From an uncultured Patescibacteria group bacterium (GTDB lineage Bacteria; Patescibacteriota; Microgenomatia; UBA10105; UBA927), in assembly GCA_937921305.1 (NCBI GenBank), contig CAKZSU010000007.1, positions 45,330 to 109,329 of the forward strand: 64,000 nt of DNA, given 5' to 3'. Below, one piece after another: positions 9,293 through 19,573 of this stretch. The position numbers and the translations under genes are program-made. Each line of letters begins with the position of its first letter. Position 1 is the first letter of the stretch. The notes under the pieces were generated by a model, which saw nothing but the letters and a program-made list of their open reading frames with translations, was not told the origin of the DNA and made no database searches.

Positions 9293-9970
9293 CTATGTCT
9301 TGTGATGTACTTTTCTTACAAGTCCACCGATAACTTTCATAACGTGGGCTGGTTTTGGAATGTAATCAAACTCAAAATTTGTCACTTGACCAGCAGTTTG
9401 AATATAGATATTTCCGTAATTAAATAATGCAGCAAAAAATCCCCCTGCTGTATATGTTACATCTTCTATATTCGACAACCGAGCTTCAGAAAATCGCTTA
9501 TAGAGCAGCTGAAGAAAATCAATATCGATCACCCGCTCATTCGTCACGATATACAAGTTGTAATACCACAAGGTGAAATTCAACAGAGCGTACCCGAAAG
9601 TGGCAAGATACCAAAATGCAATTCCAACTACATAGTATTTAAACGGAATATCTGATACACCAATCACTAAAATCGAAAAAGGGACAATAAATAATGGAGC
9701 AAATATTAAGAAAATAAAAAATATTACCCAGGGAATATTTATCGCCCAGTGGGGACGCATAAAAATAAGCACTTCTTCGCCTTGATGTTGCGTTTCAAAT
9801 TTCACACCAAATGGACGCTCTGCATAACAGGTAAATAAATTCATTCGATCATAACGAAGCGGAATATCATCAATTTTGTCCTCGTTGTGATGGTGCGATT
9901 GATGTGCATGGTAATTGGAATGATCATTTGATTGCATCATGTTGATTGTATCACAAAACACTGTCAACAA
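9293..9970 (-). CDS. Bacterial PH-domain (bPH_2/YdbS-like) membrane protein with a His-rich N-terminus
   Basis: Two transmembrane helices followed by a PH-like region (EEVLIFMRPHW ... VTNERVIDIDF). Confidence 0.5.
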   Translation of the reverse strand: MLTVFCDTINMMQSNDHSNYHAHQSHHHNEDKIDDIPLRYDRMNLFTCYAERPFGVKFETQHQGEEVLIFMRPHWAINIPWVIFFIFLIFAPLFIVPFSILVIGVSDIPFKYYVVGIAFWYLATFGYALLNFTLWYYNLYIVTNERVIDIDFLQLLYKRFSEARLSNIEDVTYTAGGFFAALFNYGNIYIQTAGQVTNFEFDYIPKPAHVMKVIGGLVRKVHHKT

Positions 9971-10173
9971 AACAACATTCTATCGACTTAACCAATCACC
10001 TCAATCATTTTTACTTCTTTTAATGATCATTGTAATCTCGATTAAGAATGTAAAAATATCAATCAAAATTCTTTTCGACCTAATAAAAACATACTAAAGC
10101 ACATTCAATCATAAGAAATATAAGATCATACAATACAATCACCATATCCTAATAAAAGGAAGAAGAACTACTC

Positions 10174-11895
10174 TTACTTCTTTTCAATATTAAACAACGG
10201 ACTGCGGATTGAAATATATCCAGGGGCGCGAAGATTAAAGACCTCTCGAAATTCACTTCCTGGAATCCGAACCTCTCCTTTATTTGTTTGAAAAATGACC
10301 ATGTCTGTGTACCCATTGGTATTATACGTCACCGACACAGATGATACTGTCGTAAATCCCCCAAGAGATCGAAGCTCGTCTATAGAATACGGATTCCCTT
10401 TCGCACCATTAATGGGGCATTGATTAATTGTGGTCGGAAGAATTCTGCTTGTATCTCCTCCGCTTTTTCGCGCATGCCATGCGTTTAGCATATCTGCAAA
10501 TTCCTCCATGGTAAGCCATGGATGATTTCTTCCGCATTTTGCCGAGGAATTGAGGTAATTCTCTGTATACCAACCTTTATAAAACCATGGGCTGTTGGCG
10601 ATTTTTTCATACGCATCGCCAGTCCAACAACCTTGATTCCCGCATACTGTATCCCACCCCATGGTTGTGATATACCCGCCAGTTGTGGAAGAGTAGTACG
10701 CGATCACACCCTCAACCACTTGCCCTCGTGTTTCTTGCACCGCTTCTCGCCATGCTTGCGGTGGATTATTTGCTTTACTCTGCAAAAACACCTGACACGC
10801 TTGCGTCGTGCAGATTGCTTTTCCGTCTTGCTTATATCGCCACGCGTATGACCGCGCCGCGATCGCCTGCGCTTTTAATGCTTCTTTTGGGAAATTTGAC
10901 GGCATTTCTGCAATACCAAGAAGATAATAGTCTTCAAAATTCACGCTTCCCACACCTTGCACCACAATATTTCCGTTCGTGTCTCGCATTTCCGGTGTCC
11001 TGCCGTAATATGCGCGCAAGATATCGTTCGCACTTTGTCCTCGCTCTGCTCGTCCTTTTGCGCCATACTGACTCATGCCTTTTCTATGCGTATACGCGCC
11101 GAAGGAAAACCCGGCAAACGCCGGAGAAAATCCGGGGTCAAAGGTCGGACGGCTATTTGGGTCGTCGGACAATGGCACATCGCCAACGCTTGTGGTGAAC
11201 ACACCACCTCGTGCGTTTAAAATCGCTTGTTGTTGGGCCGTAAGACTTGCGATGAATCCAGAAACTTGCGACTGGTACGCGTTTGCCTCATCAATCAGTT
11301 TCTTGACAGACTTCGCGCGTTTGTCAGTTTCTTCTTTCATTGCGGAAAGCGCCAGTTGTTCTCGTTCTAAATCTCTCTTTCTTTCTTCAAGAGATACGAT
11401 GCTATGCGATGTTTTCGCGATCTCACGCTTGTGATAATCGGTAATCATTTGATGATAGGTAAGAAGCCGTGTCGCGCTGCCGATGTCATCGGATGAAAAC
11501 ATCGTGTACAATGGATGATAGGTATGCGATCGAATATAAAAGTGACGAAGTTTAATAGATGCGGAATCAATAAGCGAGGCCAGATCGTGTTCTCGTTCTT
11601 GAATCGCCTTGCTTTTTTTTACCAACGACTCTTGCAACGTTTTGAGTCTTGCCTGAAACGCGGCAATGTCCGATTCCATCTTTTTGAGCGCGTCCACATG
11701 GGGCTTCTTCGCCGCTTCCATAGCATTCCATGCCTCCTGACATTTTTGAATTTTCCCTTTACAATCATCAATAGAGGAACACGATGCGTCGCAAGATTGG
11801 GCAACAATAGTTTGCTGACTCAACAAAAAAAAAGAAACAACTACACTGAAATAAAAAAGAAAAACTCTACGTTGAGAATTAAAATTATGCGTCAT
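10174..11895 (-). CDS. SpoIID/LytB-domain protein with signal peptide and N-terminal coiled coil
   Basis: The motif GMSQYGAKGRAERGQSANDILRAYYG marks the SpoIID amidase-enhancer domain. An N-terminal hydrophobic signal and a coiled-coil region are present. Confidence 0.7.
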   Translation of the reverse strand: MTHNFNSQRRVFLFYFSVVVSFFLLSQQTIVAQSCDASCSSIDDCKGKIQKCQEAWNAMEAAKKPHVDALKKMESDIAAFQARLKTLQESLVKKSKAIQEREHDLASLIDSASIKLRHFYIRSHTYHPLYTMFSSDDIGSATRLLTYHQMITDYHKREIAKTSHSIVSLEERKRDLEREQLALSAMKEETDKRAKSVKKLIDEANAYQSQVSGFIASLTAQQQAILNARGGVFTTSVGDVPLSDDPNSRPTFDPGFSPAFAGFSFGAYTHRKGMSQYGAKGRAERGQSANDILRAYYGRTPEMRDTNGNIVVQGVGSVNFEDYYLLGIAEMPSNFPKEALKAQAIAARSYAWRYKQDGKAICTTQACQVFLQSKANNPPQAWREAVQETRGQVVEGVIAYYSSTTGGYITTMGWDTVCGNQGCWTGDAYEKIANSPWFYKGWYTENYLNSSAKCGRNHPWLTMEEFADMLNAWHARKSGGDTSRILPTTINQCPINGAKGNPYSIDELRSLGGFTTVSSVSVTYNTNGYTDMVIFQTNKGEVRIPGSEFREVFNLRAPGYISIRSPLFNIEKK

Positions 11896-12771
11896 AACCA
11901 GATCAGGAATATTATCACTATAGCATGTTGTGCGCTATTTTTTTTGATAATATTCTGGCATTTTCCAAATACAATATACGCTTGTGATCCAAATAAACTC
12001 ACAATAGCCCCTGAAGTTCTTGAGAATGCCGACACGCCATTAACCTTTTCCATATCGGGGTGTTCAGCAAATGAATTAATTGTTGTTTCTGTCATAGATA
12101 CAAAGAATAATCATCAGATGATATATGGATCTCCAATAAAATTTTTTCCTTCATCAAATGGAACAGCATCAAGAACGATTCAGAATTTTATGCCTGTAGA
12201 CAGAATAAAAAATATTACTTACCCTTTTCAAGGAAAATTAGTAATAATGACATCAGATTTCAGGGAAATTGCAACTAAAAAATTAACACAATTGCCATCC
12301 CCAGCCCCACCACCTCCTTCTGCACCTACCACCTCACAATTACCAACCCTAACACAAGGACCAGTCCCATCACCTACTTCTATACCTCCCACCTCTGCTC
12401 CTCGCTCGAGCGATTACCGATTCATTGTAAATAACTGCGGAAATGGAAGCAACAATGGAATCGGCGTCCTCACCGCCATCGGGTGTATTTCCGGCAACGT
12501 AGGAAAACTTACTGCCACATTTCTCCGCATCGGAATCGGCATCGCGGGAGGACTCGCGTTCCTCCTTATTATCTTTGGCGGGCTTCGAATCATCTTAAGC
12601 TCTGGTCACCCAGAGGCCATGATGGAAGGAAGAGAAATTGTTACATCGGCAATCGTGGGGCTTCTGCTAATTATCTTTTCCGTCTTTCTTCTCCGATTTA
12701 TCAGCGTCGATGTCCTTAAACTCCCCGGATTCTCCGCTGAACAAACACAAACATCGCCAACGCAAGAATAA
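11887..12771 (+). CDS. Pilin-domain protein: an N-terminal secreted domain, a Pro/Ser/Thr-rich linker and a C-terminal VirB2-type T4SS pilin domain
   Basis: The C-terminus GIGIAGGLAFLLIIFGGLRIILSSGHPEAMMEGREIVTSAIVGLLLIIFSVFLLRFISVDVLKLPGF is paralogous to the pilin family found in this window. Confidence 0.6.
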   Translation: MRHNQIRNIITIACCALFFLIIFWHFPNTIYACDPNKLTIAPEVLENADTPLTFSISGCSANELIVVSVIDTKNNHQMIYGSPIKFFPSSNGTASRTIQNFMPVDRIKNITYPFQGKLVIMTSDFREIATKKLTQLPSPAPPPPSAPTTSQLPTLTQGPVPSPTSIPPTSAPRSSDYRFIVNNCGNGSNNGIGVLTAIGCISGNVGKLTATFLRIGIGIAGGLAFLLIIFGGLRIILSSGHPEAMMEGREIVTSAIVGLLLIIFSVFLLRFISVDVLKLPGFSAEQTQTSPTQE

Positions 12772-12823
12772 AGATAAATACCATTCTACAAATCCTCTCT
12801 CTTATATGCTATAATCTAGCTCC

Positions 12824-13171
12824 ATGAAAAAAACTATAGGTCAAATTGCGAGAGGATTTGCTATTATCTTTTGCAACCCAGAACAAACGAAGATCCAAAC
12901 CGCCATTGGATGCATTGAAACATCCACAAACAAACTAACATCTCAAATAGTATCGATAAGCCTTGGCATAGCCGGCGGTGTCGCATTTTTAATGATTCTA
13001 TTGGGCGCGTTGCAAATTCAAACAAGCGCAGGAAATCCGGAACGCATTAATCAAGGAAAAGAGATTATCGAAGGCGCAATTGTTGGCTTATTGCTTATCA
13101 TTTTCTCTGTCTTTATACTAAAAGTAATTGGTGTTGATATCCTCAAAATTCCAGGATTTGAAGCATCATAA
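12824..13171 (+). CDS. T4SS pilin-like protein (two-helix, VirB2/TrbC-like, CPR family)
   Basis: GIAGGVAFLMILLGALQIQTSAGNPERINQGKEIIEGAIVGLLLIIFSVFILKVIGVDILKIPGF. An extended -10 (TGcTATAAT) lies about 10 nt upstream of the ATG. Confidence 0.65.
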   Translation: MKKTIGQIARGFAIIFCNPEQTKIQTAIGCIETSTNKLTSQIVSISLGIAGGVAFLMILLGALQIQTSAGNPERINQGKEIIEGAIVGLLLIIFSVFILKVIGVDILKIPGFEAS

Positions 13172-13178
13172 CATCATT

Positions 13179-13514
13179 ATGCTTGCGCAACGACTTACAT
13201 TGCCGGGAAATAATGGCGGCATAACAATTGAAGGACCTGCAGGATACTCCGCAGGAAATACCTTGGGAGAGGTTATATCAAATATTTATCCATTCCTGTT
13301 TGTGTTTGCAGGCATTGGGTTGCTTTTCATGTTAATATTTGGCGGATTTCAGCTTCTTACGGGAGGAACAGACCCAAAACGCATAGAAATAGGAAAACAA
13401 CGCATAACGTTTGCAATTGTTGGATTCCTCATTGTCTTTTTTGCTTTTTGGATGGTCCAATTTGTTGGTATGATCTTTAATCTTACAGAATTTACGTCTA
13501 TCTTTGGACCATGA
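13179..13514 (+). CDS. T4SS pilin-like protein
   Basis: FVFAGIGLLFMLIFGGFQLLTGGTDPKRIEIGKQRITFAIVGFLIVFFAFWMVQFV matches the family motif. The start was chosen at the internal Met to avoid overlap with the previous gene. Confidence 0.55.
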   Translation: MLAQRLTLPGNNGGITIEGPAGYSAGNTLGEVISNIYPFLFVFAGIGLLFMLIFGGFQLLTGGTDPKRIEIGKQRITFAIVGFLIVFFAFWMVQFVGMIFNLTEFTSIFGP

Positions 13515-13520
13515 TAGTAA

Positions 13521-14198
13521 TTACACGCCAAAATTTCGCTTCCTCTTTTGAAATTCTTCAATCGCTTCATCTAAATGATCTGGCGTAAAGTCTGGCATAT
13601 ACCATGACGGAAAATATAATTCACTATACTCGCTTTGCCACAACAAAAATCCTGACAATCTCTGTTCTCCACCTGTCCGAATAATCAAATCAGGATCGGG
13701 AATGCCGGATGTGTCAAGAAAACGCGAAAACTGTTCTGGATCTAGTGTGTTCTTGATGTCATTAGGGATGGCTCGAATCGCGCGAACAATCTCGTCTCTT
13801 CCACCGTAATTTACGGCAAAAATTGTCGTGATCGCGGTATTGTGCTTTGTTATTTCAACAATCTCTTGAAGCCCTTCTTGAATATCGCGATCAAACGCTT
13901 GTATGTCGCCAATAATTTGTATTTTCGCCCCTTTTTCATGAAGTTTCCGCCATTTTGTTGTTATTACCTGACGAAATAATCGCATAATGCCCGATATTTC
14001 TTCTTTTGTCCGTCGCCAATTTTCTGTGGACCATACCCAAAATGTCAGATACCTCACTCCTCGCTTTCCCGCGTGTTCAATAAGAGGACCCAAGATATGA
14101 TCAACAACGCGACGATGTCCTTCAAGAATGGGGAGGTTGTACGCTCTTGCCCACCGCCGATTTCCATCCATGATAATCGCAATATGTGTTGGTATCAT
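13521..14198 (-). CDS. uppS: Undecaprenyl (isoprenyl) diphosphate synthase, cis-prenyltransferase
   Basis: HIAIIMDGNRRWA motif plus RTGGEQRLSGFLLWQSEYSELYF. Confidence 0.9.
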   Translation of the reverse strand: MIPTHIAIIMDGNRRWARAYNLPILEGHRRVVDHILGPLIEHAGKRGVRYLTFWVWSTENWRRTKEEISGIMRLFRQVITTKWRKLHEKGAKIQIIGDIQAFDRDIQEGLQEIVEITKHNTAITTIFAVNYGGRDEIVRAIRAIPNDIKNTLDPEQFSRFLDTSGIPDPDLIIRTGGEQRLSGFLLWQSEYSELYFPSWYMPDFTPDHLDEAIEEFQKRKRNFGV

Positions 14199-14247
14199 AC
14201 TGATTAGAATGTTCTTGGATTATACACAATCGGAATGTATATCGTCT

Positions 14248-15225
14248 CTAAAACAGATGCGTGTTGCTTTGTCTTGCTCCTACTGATGGTGTGTTTATAC
14301 TAATCTGCTTCACATACGGAAGATCTCGAAGAAATGTTTGTAAACGATTTACTGTTTGTTCCTCGCACAGCACATGAATATCTTGGCCGGTATTAAGCGT
14401 GAGGTACACAGGTAATCCTTGCTTTCGCCATGCGTGAATCTGTTTAATAAAAACAATCGTCGCTTCTGTCCAATACACCAACGGAGGCCACGAAGTAAGC
14501 ATAATCGCATGCATCTCAAACGCTTCACGCTCGGCAAGCACACCCAATCGTTCAAAATCTTTCTTCTTTACCGCTTCCTTTGCTTCGCTCAACTTCTGTT
14601 CAATATAATTCATTCGGGCTTCATAGAATACGCTCGTTTCCGCAAGTATTTGTCCTTCTTCGCTTGAAACGGATTTTTTTTCATCGCTGACAATCACAAC
14701 AACATCGTGTAACTTCCAATGCTCGGAAGGATACAGGGAATATGCATAAGATGAATCGCTTGTTGACCCTTTGACCCACTCAACAAACCCGTCAGGAATG
14801 CTTCTTGCGGCAGAGCCAGACCCCTGCCGAGCAAGTATAGAAAGCTCTTGTTCTGAGAGATTCAACGATAAAGCGTCGACCGCGGCTTTTGTCAACGCGG
14901 CGAACCCGGACGCGGATGACGATAATCCCGTACTAGACGGAAATGAATTTTTGCTTACGACTTTTGCCCGAAGATTGGTTTTCGCGATCGCTCGAATTCT
15001 ATCAAGGTGCTTGGAAACACGAGCTGTTGCTTTATCGTGGACAACGCCGTCAATCACCACATCATCTGTTGGATAGGATGAAGAAAATTCAACGGTTGTG
15101 ATTGTATATAACCCGCTTAAATTCATTGAAATGCTTCCGTTTGCCGGAAGTCGCAAGGCTTCATTGCTCTTTCCCCAATACTTAACAAACGCGATGTTTG
15201 ATGGCGCAATCGCAGTCGCTTTCAT
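14248..15225 (-). CDS. mvaD: Diphosphomevalonate decarboxylase
   Basis: NIAFVKYWGK motif plus GLSSSASGFAAL. Confidence 0.85.
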   Translation of the reverse strand: MKATAIAPSNIAFVKYWGKSNEALRLPANGSISMNLSGLYTITTVEFSSSYPTDDVVIDGVVHDKATARVSKHLDRIRAIAKTNLRAKVVSKNSFPSSTGLSSSASGFAALTKAAVDALSLNLSEQELSILARQGSGSAARSIPDGFVEWVKGSTSDSSYAYSLYPSEHWKLHDVVVIVSDEKKSVSSEEGQILAETSVFYEARMNYIEQKLSEAKEAVKKKDFERLGVLAEREAFEMHAIMLTSWPPLVYWTEATIVFIKQIHAWRKQGLPVYLTLNTGQDIHVLCEEQTVNRLQTFLRDLPYVKQISINTPSVGARQSNTHLF

Positions 15226-16133
15226 ACTTCCAGACGAGCTCCTTCTTCATCAAACGCCACGAAAACAACCTCTCCTCCCGCTAAGCGAATGGCTGTTGAG
15301 ATATCTTCTTCCCTCTCTTTTGACACAAGCGCAATCATACAGTCGCCTCTTCCCGCTCCAGAGAGCTTCGCGCCAAACGCACCAGCACGTTTCGCTGCTA
15401 ACACTAATGAATCAAGCTTCTCAGAACTTACTCCAAGCGTTTGCAGAAGCGAATGATGCTCGTCCATCAACTCGCCAAGCCAGGGCATATTGTTTTCTTT
15501 CATCGCCTGTTTTGCCTGCCAAACAATATTTTCCATGCGATTAAAAAGCAAATCTATCTGCTCTGGATGATGATCGCGTTTCTCCGCTACTTCTCTCACA
15601 ATTTCTACTGTGCTTGCCTTCACGCCAGTATACCCAACAATCAGACGGATATCCTTCCATGGCAATGGCTCTATAATTTCTCCCTTATTTTTATAGAGTA
15701 AAGTTCGACCAAACGATGCTGCCGCGACATCAAATCCAGATCCAACCTTCTGAACAGAAAGAACAACATCAAGAGCGAATAAAAACAGTTCTCGATCTGA
15801 AATCGCCCGTGATGTATATGTCGCAAGCGCTTTGATCAGCGCCACTGTCACCGCGGATGACGACCCAAATCCGTATGCGCCGCTAAATGAACTACGAACA
15901 GTAATCCGAATCGATCGCGGAAGACACCACAAAGAAGATACGCGCGATAACACCGCGTGAATAAATGAATGATCGTTCACACCCGGCGTGTCAATACACA
16001 CTTCATTTCTCTCGTATTCCGCTACAGAAACCTCAATGCGCTTGCTTACTGCTGTCACCACACACGGATGACCATACACCACCGCGTGGTCGCCAAAGAG
16101 CATAAGTTTTCCCGGTGCGCTTGCTTTCACCAT
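15222..16133 (-). CDS. GHMP kinase, probably phosphomevalonate kinase (second kinase of the mevalonate pathway)
   Basis: APGKLMLFGDHAVVYG, a GHMP motif GFGSSSA and a GAG motif KLSGAGRGDCMIAL. Confidence 0.65.
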   Translation of the reverse strand: MVKASAPGKLMLFGDHAVVYGHPCVVTAVSKRIEVSVAEYERNEVCIDTPGVNDHSFIHAVLSRVSSLWCLPRSIRITVRSSFSGAYGFGSSSAVTVALIKALATYTSRAISDRELFLFALDVVLSVQKVGSGFDVAAASFGRTLLYKNKGEIIEPLPWKDIRLIVGYTGVKASTVEIVREVAEKRDHHPEQIDLLFNRMENIVWQAKQAMKENNMPWLGELMDEHHSLLQTLGVSSEKLDSLVLAAKRAGAFGAKLSGAGRGDCMIALVSKEREEDISTAIRLAGGEVVFVAFDEEGARLEV

Positions 16134-16149
16134 ACTTATCGCAACTCGT

Positions 16150-17091
16150 TTAGGAGCGCTGCTCGAGTCGAATCCCTTCCTCTCCCAAGATTACAGACTC
16201 CACGTCGTATCCATACGGATTGCACAGTTCCTGTATCCTTGAAGGATCACGATGATAGCATAATAAAAACCCCACCGCGCCTGTTTTTCCTCCGCCTCCT
16301 AAAATTTTCACCGATCCGCCCGCTTCTTCGATCTGACGGATCAATGGAATTACACGATCGCTCACCACTCCGATCTGTTCAAGTGTTCGCTGTCCATGGC
16401 GTATTGCATCGATTAACATTTCTTCGTTTCCCTCCTTGATTGCCTGCGCCACGCGTTTCGTCTGAATTTCATTATCAGAAAGAATATCTTCAAACGTACC
16501 CGGATTTTCATCTCGTTTCATCTTCACCAACGCAACCATCTCTCCTGTTGTTTCGCTTGGGCGACCCGTGTTAATTAGAACAAAATGATTAAGCGTTTGA
16601 GGAAAAGAAAACGGAAATTTCCAAATGCTTCGAAGGAATTCGAATTCCTTGCGAAACCAAATAAACCCGCCAAATGTCACTGTCGTGTTATCTCCTCCTG
16701 ACGGATTGCCGTGTTGCTTTTTTTCCACTTCATACGCAATCTGATTGATCAATTCTGGATTCCAGATCGTTTTCAGGTGGTATATCACCGCGCCAACCGT
16801 CGCGACCGCAATCGCGGCGGAAGAACCAAGATGATAGCCAATCGGAATGCCGGATGATACGATAATACGAACCCCTGGGAGACGATCCTGTCCCAGATGA
16901 TCGCAGGTCACTTGAACTGCGTGGCGAACATATGCTTCTCCTTCTGTCGTTTCAACAGAAAGACCATCTTGAGAAGATTCGAGAGAAACAACAACACGAC
17001 GATTAATCGCGGCAAGAAGCGCTGGTTTTCCATACACGACCGCGTGTTCTCCCATAAGATGCACTTTTCCAGGGGCTGAAACAATGATCAT
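16150..17091 (-). CDS. mvk: Mevalonate kinase
   Basis: APGKVHLMGEHAVVYG, motif PIGYHLGSSAA, ILGGGGKTGAVG. Confidence 0.8.
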   Translation of the reverse strand: MIIVSAPGKVHLMGEHAVVYGKPALLAAINRRVVVSLESSQDGLSVETTEGEAYVRHAVQVTCDHLGQDRLPGVRIIVSSGIPIGYHLGSSAAIAVATVGAVIYHLKTIWNPELINQIAYEVEKKQHGNPSGGDNTTVTFGGFIWFRKEFEFLRSIWKFPFSFPQTLNHFVLINTGRPSETTGEMVALVKMKRDENPGTFEDILSDNEIQTKRVAQAIKEGNEEMLIDAIRHGQRTLEQIGVVSDRVIPLIRQIEEAGGSVKILGGGGKTGAVGFLLCYHRDPSRIQELCNPYGYDVESVILGEEGIRLEQRS

Positions 17092-17390
17092 AGCGGTTTT
17101 ACTTTTACTCCATACGGTATAACGCCATCTGAGGACGGTTCCATGACCCGACGAAGGACAACAACAACCCGCTGTCCGATGCGAAGCGTTGTTTCGTTGT
17201 GATCAACAACCTGTGCAGTAATCGTTTCCCCGTTATCCAACGCGACCACCGCGATAGGATACGGCGCAAAGGATGAAAATCCCTGTGGTGGCACGTGAAT
17301 CATCGTCCATGTTACAATCGCTCCTTCTTGACCAAGGAGACGACGAATGCGTTTTTGATTTCTCCACACTTTTACTGGCGATTGGTGCAT
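17088..17390 (-). CDS. DUF35 OB-fold protein, partner of archaeal-type thiolase and HMG-CoA synthase. The start is uncertain; the ORF track extends to 17546 and overlaps the thiolase.
   Basis: MHQSPVKVW...GAIVTWTMIHVPPQGFSSFAPYPIAVVALDNGETITAQVVD...IGQRVVVVLR, typical of the DUF35 OB fold. Confidence 0.6.
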   Translation of the reverse strand: MHQSPVKVWRNQKRIRRLLGQEGAIVTWTMIHVPPQGFSSFAPYPIAVVALDNGETITAQVVDHNETTLRIGQRVVVVLRRVMEPSSDGVIPYGVKVKPL

Positions 17391-18526
17391 AAAATATGAA
17401 CCACGGCGGTAGCGCCCGATCCTCCCACATTGTGTGTCAGACCATATCGAGCGTTCGGTACTTGCCGTTTTCCCGCTGATCTTCGCAATTGTTCCACGAT
17501 TTCGACAAGTTGCTTCACACCGGTCGCCCCAACAGGATGCCCGCACCCCTTGAGCCCACCAGAAGAATTCACCACACGATCAAAGTCTCCATCAAGTCTC
17601 GTTTTTCCCTCTTCGATGGCTTTCGCCGCCTTTCCTTTTTCATAGATTCCTAAATCTTCCATAGCTAAAATTTCCGCTATCGTAAAACAATCATGAACTT
17701 CTAATACCTGAATATCTTTTGGCAAAATACCCGCTTGGGTATACGCTTTTTTTGCGGCGATTCGCGTCGCGCGCAATTCATCAAGAGACGATCGCCTCGC
17801 GATATCTAATGTATCCGTCGCAACAGAACTTGCGAGCACCTGAATGGCATGAATCGGGTGCGATGGCTTTGATGTAATAATCACCGCGGAAGCGCCGTCG
17901 GATATCGGCGAACAATCCAAGAGATGCAATGGGTCTGCAACCATGCTGCTTTGTAACACCTTTTCAACCGTAAGAAGATTCTTAAATTGGGCGTTTGGAT
18001 TCATACTCGCGTGAAAATGGTTTTTTACCGCGACAGACGCAAGCTGCTCTTGCGTTGTGCCGAATCGATGCATGTGAACTCGCGCAAGAAGCGCGTAAAG
18101 CGCAGGAAATGTTGCGCCGCTCATCCGTTCTTCGTCGCTCCCAGCACCTGCAAGCGCTGCTGACACATCTTCGGGCTTATGATCGGTCATTTTTTCAACA
18201 CCAAGAACGCACACTGTCGTATATTGCCCGGAAAGAACGCTCAGAATCGCCATGTGCGCAGCCAACCCGCCTGACGCGCACGCGCCTTCAACCTTAAACG
18301 CCGGAACATGCATGCCAAGCGAATCGGAAAAAAACGCGCCAAGATGCTCCTGCCTTCCCAACATCCCGGAAAGCATGTTGCCAACAAAGAGCGCTTCAAT
18401 ATTGTTCTTTTCTATCCCTGCGTCGCGAATCGCGCGATTAACAACATCGTTTGCAAGCGATCTGGGAGATACGTCCCATAATTCTCCAAACGGCGTGGTC
18501 GCGACTCCGGCAATATATACATTCAT
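17372..18526 (-). CDS. Archaeal-type thiolase (acetyl-CoA acetyltransferase, SCP-x-like)
   Basis: KVEGACASGGLAA and C-terminal GLTHNVGGSGATAVVHIL. Gene order thiolase-DUF35 with HMGCS adjacent. Confidence 0.8.
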   Translation of the reverse strand: MNVYIAGVATTPFGELWDVSPRSLANDVVNRAIRDAGIEKNNIEALFVGNMLSGMLGRQEHLGAFFSDSLGMHVPAFKVEGACASGGLAAHMAILSVLSGQYTTVCVLGVEKMTDHKPEDVSAALAGAGSDEERMSGATFPALYALLARVHMHRFGTTQEQLASVAVKNHFHASMNPNAQFKNLLTVEKVLQSSMVADPLHLLDCSPISDGASAVIITSKPSHPIHAIQVLASSVATDTLDIARRSSLDELRATRIAAKKAYTQAGILPKDIQVLEVHDCFTIAEILAMEDLGIYEKGKAAKAIEEGKTRLDGDFDRVVNSSGGLKGCGHPVGATGVKQLVEIVEQLRRSAGKRQVPNARYGLTHNVGGSGATAVVHILCTNRQ

Positions 18527-18529
18527 ACG

Positions 18530-19573
18530 TTATATATTCCTTGTCAGTTGTAAATAGGAAACATAATCAACAGTAACACCGTGATTGATCTGCCATTCTA
18601 CTGTTTCTTGTTCATTTTGTTTGCGCCTAAATGCATCGATATGATCCGTAACTTGCCACAAAAACGCGTCGCTCCCGGCGCCTGATCCATACGATATCAT
18701 CATAATCGTTTCTCTGGGGCGCACCTGATCAAGCGTCGCGGCGAACCCAAGCAATGAGGATGCAGAATACGGATTTCCAATGCGATCAACCGTCAGTGAA
18801 TGACGAAGTTGATCATCTCGAAACCCCAACCGTTTTGCCGCTTCTCGAGGAAACTTTCCATTCGGCATATGAAACACGCAATAAGTAACATCAGATGGCT
18901 GAATGTTTGCCAATAAAAAAAGTCGCTTGGCAGAACCAAGCACATGAGCGAAATACGCAGGTTCGCCAGTAAATCGTCCTGCGTGCGATGGGTACCTGAT
19001 GCTTTCTCTTCGCCAAAAATCTGGAGTATCTGAAGAATATGATGTATACGCAAGAAGATTCGCAATCAATGGATATCGATCGTCTCTCCCCATGAGCACC
19101 GCGACAGACGCAGCAGCAGAAGCATACTCTAGTACATCGTGCGGTCTACTTTGCGCGGTATCAGACCCAATCGCAAGACCCATCGAAATATGACCAGACG
19201 ACAATAACCCAGCAGTTGCTTGCATGCCAGCTGTCCCAGCTTTGCACGCGAATTCAAGATCGCTTGCCAGATACTGATTGCCAACACCTAAAAATTCCCC
19301 GACAATCGTCGCCGTTGGATTGACCGCGTACGGATGGCTTTCCGAACCAACAAAAATCGCTTCTATATCCGACGGATTGTAGCCTTGGATCGCTCGAAGA
19401 GACGCTTCAACAGCAAGCGTCACCGCATCTTCGTCTCTTCCAGCGATAGATTTCTCTTTAACTCCTAAAGAAGTCTCAACTTCTCGAGTCGACTTTTTCC
19501 AAACGCGACTTATCTCTTGCGTTGATATTCGATATCGCGGAATATACGCTCCGTATTGAATAATCCCAATCAT
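18530..19573 (-). CDS. mvaS: Hydroxymethylglutaryl-CoA synthase
   Basis: MIGIIQYGAYIPRYRI, catalytic Cys context LEFACKAGT, 347 aa. Confidence 0.85.
   Translation of the reverse strand: MIGIIQYGAYIPRYRISTQEISRVWKKSTREVETSLGVKEKSIAGRDEDAVTLAVEASLRAIQGYNPSDIEAIFVGSESHPYAVNPTATIVGEFLGVGNQYLASDLEFACKAGTAGMQATAGLLSSGHISMGLAIGSDTAQSRPHDVLEYASAAASVAVLMGRDDRYPLIANLLAYTSYSSDTPDFWRRESIRYPSHAGRFTGEPAYFAHVLGSAKRLFLLANIQPSDVTYCVFHMPNGKFPREAAKRLGFRDDQLRHSLTVDRIGNPYSASSLLGFAATLDQVRPRETIMMISYGSGAGSDAFLWQVTDHIDAFRRKQNEQETVEWQINHGVTVDYVSYLQLTRNI

Noticed and set aside
10522-12095. Several 60-170 aa ORFs on the plus strand (10522..10851, 10683..11198, 10957..11220, 11075..11434, 11515..11886)
   Set aside because: They are antisense to the well-supported SpoIID-domain gene, with low-complexity or Arg-rich translations. 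Only the part from 11887 onward is a real gene.
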